Positions 11,532-19,142 of a DNA stretch of 64,000 bases are shown here, piece by piece; within the stretch, counting starts at the first letter, position 1; each line of letters begins with the position of its first letter. Made by a program: the position numbers and the translations under genes. Below the pieces are notes generated by a model. The model was given only the letters and a program-made list of their open reading frames with translations, was not told the origin of the DNA and did no database searches. The stretch is from Pseudomonadales bacterium (GTDB lineage Bacteria > Pseudomonadota > Gammaproteobacteria > Pseudomonadales > JAHEIH01): assembly GCA_035458985.1 (NCBI GenBank), contig DATHYR010000176.1, positions 17,971-81,970 on the forward strand, read 5' to 3'.

Positions 11532-11560
11532 ACTATGCGACCCAAGAGTCAAAAAGTCAA
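11532..11560 (-). promoter_or_regulatory. candidate sigma70 promoter of the mraZ/dcw operon
   Basis: The minus strand reads TTGACT (11560..11555), an exact 17-nt spacer, then CATAGT (11537..11532). It lies about 65 nt upstream of the mraZ ATG. Confidence 0.5.
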
Positions 11561-11660
11561 GATTTCAGAACGTGAATATGCCGGCAAAATGCACGATATA
11601 GGCGACATCTTCGCCAAACATCGAAAAATCACCCCAAAAGAGAAACCAAAGACTATTAAA

Positions 11661-11703
11661 TACAAAAGAATAGAAAACAAACTTAAAGTATTACTTTAAG
11701 TTT
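11661..11703 (-). terminator. putative intrinsic terminator downstream of rnpB
   Basis: A perfect 10-bp inverted repeat AAACTTAAAG/CTTTAAGTTT (11679..11703) with a 5-nt loop. On the minus strand it is followed by GTTTTCTATTCTTTTG. The stem is AT-rich, so strength is uncertain. Confidence 0.5.
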
Positions 11704-11727
11704 GGATCCGATTTGCGAGGAAAAAAA

Positions 11728-12070
<343 letters not shown>

Positions 12071-12076
12071 CTGGGC

Positions 12077-12105
12077 AGTCTAATAAGCACTTACTATGAA
12101 TGCAA
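12077..12105 (-). promoter_or_regulatory. candidate sigma70 promoter for rnpB
   Basis: The minus strand reads TTGCAT (12105..12100), a 17-nt spacer, then TAGACT (12082..12077). The inferred mature 5' end lies about 7 nt downstream. The promoter sits just after the rsmI stop codon. Confidence 0.45.
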
Positions 12106-12108
12106 GCA

Positions 12109-12954
12109 CTATGTTTTCAATGTTTCTAACGCCCATTGATACAAAGCATTTTTTTTGAGGCCGGTAATTTTAGAGGCCAATGACGCCGCTTGCTTTAATG
12201 GCAACTCCTCCGCCAACACACGCATCGTTTTTTCTGCCTCCGGAGTTAATGATGCGCCACTCTCTATGCAACCCTTCAAAAGCAACACACACTCCCCCCG
12301 TTGTTGATTCGCATCAGACTCAACCCACACCACCATCTCACCCAAAGGCAAACGTCTGATGGTCTCAAACATCTTCGTCAATTCACGCGCCAATACAACC
12401 ATGCGATCATCCCCAAACATCGCCTGCATATCCTTAAGGGTATCGAGCAACCTATGTGGTGCTTCATAAAACACCAACGTGTCGGTAGCCTTAACATAGC
12501 CCGAGAGTACATTACTACGCGCCTGCGATTTTGCAGGCAAAAAACCCACAAAGCTAAAACGATCAGTAGGCAAACCTGAGGCACTTAGCGCCGCCAACAT
12601 GGCACAGGCACCTGGGATTGGACACACACGCACGCCGTGCTGATGAGCCGCATCAACAAGCCTGTAGCCAGGATCGGAGATGAGCGGCGTGCCCGCATCT
12701 GAAATAAGCGCCACATCCTCGCCTGCCATCAAGCGACTAATAATGGCATCCGTGCGCTGTTGGTCAGAGTGATCATGATAAGCCCACACGGGCGTGCCGA
12801 TTTCAAAATGCCTCAATAATGGCGCACTGTGCCGCGAATCTTCTGCAGCAATCAAGGCTACTGATCTTAAAACATCTATAGCCCGTGGCTGCATATCCTG
12901 TAAGTTACCAATCGGCGTCGCCACCACATAGAGAGTTGCCGTACTTTGGTTCAT
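12109..12954 (-). CDS. rsmI: 16S rRNA (cytidine1402-2'-O)-methyltransferase RsmI
   Basis: 281 aa of the tetrapyrrole-methylase fold. The N-terminus LYVVATPIGNLQD and the motif AEDSRHS are typical of RsmI. It is divergent from lpoA, as in E. coli and Pseudomonas. Confidence 0.92.
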   Translation of the reverse strand: MNQSTATLYVVATPIGNLQDMQPRAIDVLRSVALIAAEDSRHSAPLLRHFEIGTPVWAYHDHSDQQRTDAIISRLMAGEDVALISDAGTPLISDPGYRLVDAAHQHGVRVCPIPGACAMLAALSASGLPTDRFSFVGFLPAKSQARSNVLSGYVKATDTLVFYEAPHRLLDTLKDMQAMFGDDRMVVLARELTKMFETIRRLPLGEMVVWVESDANQQRGECVLLLKGCIESGASLTPEAEKTMRVLAEELPLKQAASLASKITGLKKNALYQWALETLKT

Positions 12955-13015
12955 ATCAGTTTCCCGCTAAATCCACTATTATAGAGGCATCGTTTTTGAA
13001 TCCGGATACTGTAGC

Positions 13016-14824
13016 ATGAATCGCGCGCATCATTTAGTCTGCACAGCCTGCCTAACCATCCTTTTGTCCTCCTGTGGAGGAACGCCCCAAAAACCCGACG
13101 TCATCGCCTCGCCTGTTAACCTACCTGCTGAAGATGCATTAACTTTGATGCTGCAACGCGCCCAAAATGCCCAAGGAGAACGTGCGTCTTCGCTTCGTCT
13201 TGAGGCGGCCGAACTCGCACTTGAAGAACAAAAATGGCCCCTACTGCGCGCGCTCTTAGAACAAATAGACTCACGCGATCTACTCGCAGATGGCGTGATT
13301 AGATTTGCTCTCGTAAGCAGTGCACTTTCACAACACGACAACAACAATCAAGCCGCATTAACCGCACTTAACCAAGACATTGTGAGTCAGGCTAGCAGGC
13401 GTGTTAACCCCGCCCTCACTAGCCGCTACCTCTGGCAAATGGCGGAGTTACAGGCCAAGTTAGGTTATGTCTCTGCTGCCATTGAGCAGTTAATCAAGCG
13501 CGAGGGATTCATTAGCCCCACGGAACAAGCCAATAATCAGCAACAATTATGGCGTTTTTTACTCCTGCTGAGCCAACCCGAGTTAGACGCATTGTTAGGT
13601 AGCACCTCAGATACCACATTGCGCGGCTGGCTTGAACTGGCCAGCCTGTATCGTGATGCCAATGCCGACGTCACTCTCCAAGCCAAAACATTAGAGGCGT
13701 GGCAGCGCCGCTGGCCTGACCACAACGCCAATAAAACGCTCCCAAGCGGCCTACAGCGACTTCAAGCAGCCGCGAATAATCTGCCCCAAAAAGTGCTCAT
13801 TTGCTTGCCCACCAGCGGCCAACTCGCGGTTGTAGGTCAAACCATTCGCGATGGGATACTTTACGCTTATTGGAAGCAGCGACAAGCAGGCCTACCAACA
13901 CCACAGCTCGTCTTTATTGACAGCCAACCACTCGATAGTGATGCCATTGTCGCGAAGATCATTGCTAGTGAGGCCGACGTGGTAATAGGTCCTTTCAACA
14001 AGGATAAAGTAGCCGAGGTTGCCGCTCGAGCAGCCGAACTCCCCAACACCCTTCTGCTTAACGTTCTTAACGATCAATCATTGGCAGATAATTTGATCAG
14101 TTTCGGCCTCAATCCTGAGGATGAAGCTGCCCAAATTGCTGATCGTGCGCTCATAGAAAGCGGGACCCGCGCGCTTGTTATTAGCCCCAACAACAGCCTC
14201 GGTGATCGCTTACAAAGTGCCTTTGTGGACCGATGGCTTGACCTTGGGGGAACCGTCAGTCAAAGCGGCCGCTATGAAGACGGCAAAGATATTTCAAACA
14301 CAATAAAAACCGCGTTAAACATTGATAAAAGCGAAATGCGTAAACGCCGTTTAGCGCTCAATACCGGTTTGACGTTACAGTTTGAGCCACGCCGTCGAGC
14401 TGATATTGATATGGCCGCCGTATTTGGCAAACCCCAAGATGCACGCTCAATAAGCCCCATTTTTGCCTTTCATTATGCTGAAGACATACCACTGTATAGT
14501 AGCTCCATGGTCTTCACCGGAGAAACAGACACCACCGCTGATCGTGACCTAGAAGGCGTGAAATTCAACGACATTCCTTGGCTTTTTAACCCAGATAGCA
14601 CTGAACAAGCGCTGTCTGGCATCCGCTTTAAACGATTATTTGCGATGGGCATGGATGCCTATCGTCTTCATCAGCGTTTTGAGCTTCTCGACCCTATGGT
14701 AGGCATGCAACTTCAGGGAACGACAGGACTGCTGCAGCTCAATGAGCAGCGACAAATTGTTCGTCAACTGGAATGGGCTTCCTTCATCAACGGCATGGCA
14801 AAACCACTACCTGCCATTCAATGA
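13016..14824 (+). CDS. lpoA: penicillin-binding protein activator LpoA (LppC family lipoprotein)
   Basis: 602 aa with a lipoprotein signal (LLSSCGG). It has an N-terminal helical/TPR-like half and a C-terminal periplasmic-binding-like half. It occupies the conserved rsmI-lpoA-yraN position. Confidence 0.85.
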   Translation: MNRAHHLVCTACLTILLSSCGGTPQKPDVIASPVNLPAEDALTLMLQRAQNAQGERASSLRLEAAELALEEQKWPLLRALLEQIDSRDLLADGVIRFALVSSALSQHDNNNQAALTALNQDIVSQASRRVNPALTSRYLWQMAELQAKLGYVSAAIEQLIKREGFISPTEQANNQQQLWRFLLLLSQPELDALLGSTSDTTLRGWLELASLYRDANADVTLQAKTLEAWQRRWPDHNANKTLPSGLQRLQAAANNLPQKVLICLPTSGQLAVVGQTIRDGILYAYWKQRQAGLPTPQLVFIDSQPLDSDAIVAKIIASEADVVIGPFNKDKVAEVAARAAELPNTLLLNVLNDQSLADNLISFGLNPEDEAAQIADRALIESGTRALVISPNNSLGDRLQSAFVDRWLDLGGTVSQSGRYEDGKDISNTIKTALNIDKSEMRKRRLALNTGLTLQFEPRRRADIDMAAVFGKPQDARSISPIFAFHYAEDIPLYSSSMVFTGETDTTADRDLEGVKFNDIPWLFNPDSTEQALSGIRFKRLFAMGMDAYRLHQRFELLDPMVGMQLQGTTGLLQLNEQRQIVRQLEWASFINGMAKPLPAIQ

Positions 14825-14825
14825 C

Positions 14826-15185
14826 ATGAGCACATCGCAAGGATTGAAGGCAGAACAAGCTGTCACCAAGCACCTATGCCAACGCGGTCACCGTATTATT
14901 GGTAATAATATCCATAGTCGATTTGGCGAAATTGATATCTTAAGCGAGCATCAAGGAACACTTATCGTCACCGAGGTAAAAGCGCGTCGGCATCGTCATT
15001 ACGGCGCGCCAGCAGAGTTTGTCACCTACCATAAACAACAAAAAATCATCCTTTGCCTTAAACACTTTCTCAATCACCATCCTGTTTGGCATACTGTACC
15101 TATTCGCTTTGATGTCGCCTGCGTTACGCTGAACCAGCAAACGCTTCACATTGAGATCATCGAAGCTGCATTTGACGCCACTTAA
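14826..15185 (+). CDS. yraN: YraN family (UPF0102) endonuclease-like protein
   Basis: About 119 aa from ATG 14826, which lies just after the lpoA stop. Motifs are GEIDIL...VTEVKAR. Conserved position downstream of lpoA. Confidence 0.85.
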   Translation: MSTSQGLKAEQAVTKHLCQRGHRIIGNNIHSRFGEIDILSEHQGTLIVTEVKARRHRHYGAPAEFVTYHKQQKIILCLKHFLNHHPVWHTVPIRFDVACVTLNQQTLHIEIIEAAFDAT

Positions 15186-15195
15186 AGGAGAATCG

Positions 15196-15777
15196 ATGGA
15201 ATCGTCATCGGGTAATCTGTTCCAACAGCACTTGGATACCCTGCTAAACAACATGGATAGCCTCCCGGATAGCATGGCACCCGCGGTAGAGGTCATGGTT
15301 AGCACCATTCTCAACGACGGTAAGATATTTGCGTGCGGCAATGGTAATGGCGGCGTTATTGCCCAAATATTCTGTCAGCAAATGCTCAATCACGCCTCAC
15401 ATGAGCGCCCAGCCTTACCTGCTTTTTGCCTTAATGATAATGCCACAACTATCAGCGCGATTAGCCATCGCTACAAATTCAACGAAATCTACGCGCGACA
15501 ACTGAGAGCACTTAGTGTGGCTGGCGACTGCCTGCTTGTTATCGATAGCGACCAACAATACTCCAACTTAAATGCCGCCATCCATGCTGCACATGATCGA
15601 GAAATGCATGTGATCGTTATCCACCCCAACAGCAGTCAGAATATCTTATCGCTGCTTGGTGATAGCGATGTCGCCATCGGGATTGAATGCGATTACTCGT
15701 CCGTACTCATACAAATAGAGCTCCTTGTCATTACCGCCATCACACAAATGATTGAGCAAACACTTTTTAACCATTAG
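15196..15777 (+). CDS. diaA: SIS-domain protein, DnaA initiator-associating DiaA / GmhA-like
   Basis: 193 aa from ATG 15196, preceded by AAGGAG. By eye it aligns with E. coli DiaA (KIFACGNGNGG..., ERPALPAF.LN, ...TLF.H). Conserved position. Confidence 0.85.
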   Translation: MESSSGNLFQQHLDTLLNNMDSLPDSMAPAVEVMVSTILNDGKIFACGNGNGGVIAQIFCQQMLNHASHERPALPAFCLNDNATTISAISHRYKFNEIYARQLRALSVAGDCLLVIDSDQQYSNLNAAIHAAHDREMHVIVIHPNSSQNILSLLGDSDVAIGIECDYSSVLIQIELLVITAITQMIEQTLFNH

Positions 15778-15785
15778 GACAAACC

Positions 15786-16355
15786 ATGCGCATATTTAAC
15801 ATCGGCCTCTTTTTAACGTTATTATTTTTAAGCGGTTGTAGCAGTTTCATTGCCGCAACAAGTCACGGCCCACTCCACGAAGATTATGGACGCAGAACAC
15901 CTGGCACGGCCATGGATGATAACCTCATCGAAACGAAGATTGAGGTGAATTTAAGTAAGTCTGATGCCAGTTTTGACCACGCCAATGTCAACGTTCACGC
16001 CTACAATGGTGTCGTGCTAATGGTTGGACAAGTTCCCACAGCCGATATGAAGCAAACGGCGGGTGATGTCGCCCAGAAAACGCGTAAAGTACGTAGGGTG
16101 CACAATGAGCTAGAGATTGCAGGACCAGTCTCAACGCTGTCAGCCGCTAACGATACATGGATAACAGGCAAGATTAAGAGCAAACTGCTACTGGCTGAAG
16201 AAGTGCAATCTGATCGCGTTGTCGTGATTACCGAAAATGGGGTGACCTATTTGATGGGGCTTCTCACCAGCGCCGAGGCCGACAGGGCATCAGATATCGC
16301 CAGGAATACCTCAGGGGTACGCAAAGTCGTACGGATTTTCGAAATTATCGAGTGA
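15786..16355 (+). CDS. dolP: outer-membrane lipoprotein DolP (YraP), dual BON domain
   Basis: 189 aa with lipobox LFLSGCSS. Two BON-like repeats are visible (VNVHAYNGVVLMVGQV... and VVVITENGVTYLMGLL...). Confidence 0.88.
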   Translation: MRIFNIGLFLTLLFLSGCSSFIAATSHGPLHEDYGRRTPGTAMDDNLIETKIEVNLSKSDASFDHANVNVHAYNGVVLMVGQVPTADMKQTAGDVAQKTRKVRRVHNELEIAGPVSTLSAANDTWITGKIKSKLLLAEEVQSDRVVVITENGVTYLMGLLTSAEADRASDIARNTSGVRKVVRIFEIIE

Positions 16356-16399
16356 ATCCTTAACAACAGAACCCAAGGGGCTCTGTCACAGGTCAAACA

Positions 16400-18040
16400 T
16401 TGAAAATTAACATCGAGCCACGGGTCATCGCCATTTTTGCCATGGGTTGCTTTTTCTTGTTGGGCGGACTTATCAGCACAGCAAGTCATATCGACATCCG
16501 CAGCTACACCGTTTTACCGTCAGGGGTTCTGACCCTCATGTCGTGTTATTTTATTCAACACGGTAAGAACCTGACGTTTTGGCATAGCATTGTGTTTCTT
16601 TGCGCGCACATTTCAGCGTTTATCACTACCTACACCACAGGCGGCTTTGTTTCCCTGGCAGCGGGCTGGCTGATCCTTGGTCCACTAATGATGACCACGA
16701 TGATTAATTATCGCGCCGGTCAACTTTCTGTCATCAGCACACTCATTATGGCCGCGTATATTCTCTATCACCAAATGGTGGTGGGGGATCTAGTGGACAC
16801 CACGCCCCCGGAAATGAAGCCCATTTTTACCCTTATCCATACCCTACTGTTGATGGGCTTCGCGTGGTCGGTTCACTTTTTTTTCACACTCAGCCAAACC
16901 TTGTACGAACGAGAAAAACAAGTCGCTGAGGCCAAATCACAGTTTCTTTCCAATATGTCTCACGAACTACGTACTCCAATGAACGGCATATATGGGGCCT
17001 TACAGATCATTCAATACAGCGACAGCATGGAAAAGATCAAACATGTGACACACATTGGCCTCAACTCCATGAACAGTTTGCTGCGACTCATTGATGAAAT
17101 CCTCGACCAAACTAAACTTGAATCTGGACAAATCTCCCTGTCTCTTGAGCCATGCGACATCAATCATCTCATGGGACAAATACTCGAGGAATTTAGTCTT
17201 ATCTGCAGCAACAAACACGTCGAACTCGTCTGGCAGGGCGATATTCCTCTTCATCACCCCATACGAATAACCGATGAGACAAGGCTTATCCAAATACTGC
17301 GCAACGTCATTGGCAATGCCGTTAAATTTACACCCAAAGGGACTGTGTCAATCTCGATCAAAGAAAAAAACGATGAATTGGTATTTACCGTTAATGACCA
17401 AGGCATTGGCATGAGCAAACAGCAACTCAAGCGGATTTTTAATCGATTTGAACAAGCGGACATGTCTAATACACGTCAATTCGGCGGCACAGGATTAGGA
17501 TTAAGCATCACCCAACAGTTAGTGAATCTTTTTGGTGGCGAGATACTCGCCGAAAGCCAGCTGAGTGTTGGCTCAACGTTCATTATTCGACTTCCCATGC
17601 CTGTCACCGATAAAAGCATCACTCACGTAAAACGAAGCCTCGCAAGTCTCCAAACCAATAAAATAAACCTAAAGGATAAGAAAATCCTGGTGGTGGACGA
17701 TGAGCCAACCAACCGATTTGTTCTAACCAACTTAATTGAAGAGATGGGCGCGATGGTTACGTGCTGTCACGATGGCGAAGAAGCAACGCTTCGAGCCATT
17801 GAAGAAACATTTGAGCTTATTATCATCGATAACCACATGCCCAAAATGTCAGGCATCGAAGCATTCAAAGAAATTCGTAAACACAAACCTGAGATAGCCA
17901 TTTTTATCCACAGCGGAGATCAAATGACAGAGACACAAAGGCTCTATAAAGCCTTAGGTTTTGACGCTATCTTGTCTAAGCCCATTCAGCGGCAACAACT
18001 CGTTAAAGCCTTAGAAAATACACTTTCCAACTCTATTTAA
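16400..18040 (+). CDS. hybrid sensor histidine kinase (polytopic N-terminal domain, HisKA, HATPase_c, C-terminal receiver)
   Basis: 546 aa. About 170 aa of hydrophobic helices come first, followed by the H-box SHELRTPMNG. N/G boxes are present (NAVKFTP, DQGIGM, GGTGLGLS). The REC domain has ILVVDDE, IIIDNHMPKMSG and SKP. The start is TTG 16400 or ATG 16442. Confidence 0.9.
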   Translation: MKINIEPRVIAIFAMGCFFLLGGLISTASHIDIRSYTVLPSGVLTLMSCYFIQHGKNLTFWHSIVFLCAHISAFITTYTTGGFVSLAAGWLILGPLMMTTMINYRAGQLSVISTLIMAAYILYHQMVVGDLVDTTPPEMKPIFTLIHTLLLMGFAWSVHFFFTLSQTLYEREKQVAEAKSQFLSNMSHELRTPMNGIYGALQIIQYSDSMEKIKHVTHIGLNSMNSLLRLIDEILDQTKLESGQISLSLEPCDINHLMGQILEEFSLICSNKHVELVWQGDIPLHHPIRITDETRLIQILRNVIGNAVKFTPKGTVSISIKEKNDELVFTVNDQGIGMSKQQLKRIFNRFEQADMSNTRQFGGTGLGLSITQQLVNLFGGEILAESQLSVGSTFIIRLPMPVTDKSITHVKRSLASLQTNKINLKDKKILVVDDEPTNRFVLTNLIEEMGAMVTCCHDGEEATLRAIEETFELIIIDNHMPKMSGIEAFKEIRKHKPEIAIFIHSGDQMTETQRLYKALGFDAILSKPIQRQQLVKALENTLSNSI

Positions 18041-18428
18041 CGACCTTAAGAGAGGGGCGACCACCACTTGGCGGTGGTGAACTAGGAGGGGTGGTTGGAG
18101 AATCGCCGCCATCCTCATCGTACTCATCTTCAAACACCATACCCTGCCCATTTTCTCGTGCATAAATACCGAGAATAGCAGCGATAGGTGCAAAAATATG
18201 ATGGGGAGTACCACCAAAACGTGCTGAAAAAGACACTCCTTCAGCATCCATATGAAAACCTTGGACCGCTGAAGGAGAAATATTGAGGATAATTTGACCA
18301 TCCTTCACAAACTGCGCAGGGACTTGAACACCATTCATCTCGGCGTTAACCAAAATATGCGGTGTACATGCGCTATCAACTATCCAGCTGTATAACGCAT
18401 TCAGTAAGTAAGGACGGCTCGGCAGCAT
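18033..18428 (-). CDS. sspB: ClpXP adaptor / stringent starvation protein B
   Basis: 131 aa. The N-terminus RPYLLNALYSWIVDS is typical of SspB. An acidic/Pro-rich linker leads to the C-terminal ClpX-binding-type tail LKVVK. Confidence 0.93.
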   Translation of the reverse strand: MLPSRPYLLNALYSWIVDSACTPHILVNAEMNGVQVPAQFVKDGQIILNISPSAVQGFHMDAEGVSFSARFGGTPHHIFAPIAAILGIYARENGQGMVFEDEYDEDGGDSPTTPPSSPPPSGGRPSLKVVK

Positions 18429-19075
18429 TATTTGCCTGCTAAATCGCGCATCTCTTTTTCCTGCTCAGTCAGGCTTTCTTTGAACGCGTCACGTTCAAAT
18501 AAGCGCGCCATGTACTGTAACAAAGGAAGTGTTTGCTTGGTGCTTGGAATATCGATACCCAATACAGGCAGGCGCCACAAAATAGGTGCTAAGCAGCAAT
18601 CAATGAGCGTAAATTCATCACTCATGAAAAAAGGCTTCTCTGCAAAGATCGGCGCAATAGACACCAAACTATCCCGCAATTGTTTGCGCGCTTTTTCTGC
18701 CGCCTTGGTTGTAGTACCACTGAGGATCTCATCAACCAGAACACACCAATCACGCTCGATACGGTAGATATAGAGACGGTTTTCAGCACGCGCCACAGGG
18801 TATACGGGTAGCAATGGAGGATGAGGGAAGCGCTCATCAAGGTACTCCATCATTACTTTTGATTCATACAGCACCAACTCACGATCAATCAAGGTGGGTA
18901 GGTCACCGTAGGGGTTATTATCAACCACATCAGATGGCATTGGCTGCTGAGCATCAACCTCGATAATATCCACGGTCACGCCTTTTTCAGCCAGTACTAT
19001 GCGTACTCGGTGGCTGTAATGGCTCTGACTATCTGAAAAGAAAGTCATTGAAGAGCGTTTAGTCACAACACCCAT
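18428..19075 (-). CDS. sspA: stringent starvation protein A (GST-like)
   Basis: The likely start ATG 19075 (MGVVTKRSSMTFFS...) is preceded by AAGGAG. It aligns with E. coli SspA (YSHRVRIVLAEKGV). The ORF extends to 19132. Confidence 0.93.
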   Translation of the reverse strand: MGVVTKRSSMTFFSDSQSHYSHRVRIVLAEKGVTVDIIEVDAQQPMPSDVVDNNPYGDLPTLIDRELVLYESKVMMEYLDERFPHPPLLPVYPVARAENRLYIYRIERDWCVLVDEILSGTTTKAAEKARKQLRDSLVSIAPIFAEKPFFMSDEFTLIDCCLAPILWRLPVLGIDIPSTKQTLPLLQYMARLFERDAFKESLTEQEKEMRDLAGK

Positions 19076-19091
19076 GATAAATACACTCCTT

Positions 19092-19129
19092 AAAAACGCA
19101 AAAACGGCCGTACCTATCGAGTACGGCCG
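19092..19129 (-). terminator. intrinsic terminator after the bc1 operon
   Basis: A 9-bp stem CGGCCGTAC/GTACGGCCG with a 7-nt loop. On the minus strand it is followed by TTTTTGCGTTTTT. It lies 14 nt after the 19143 stop. Confidence 0.8.
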
Positions 19130-19142
19130 CAAGCAAAAAAAA

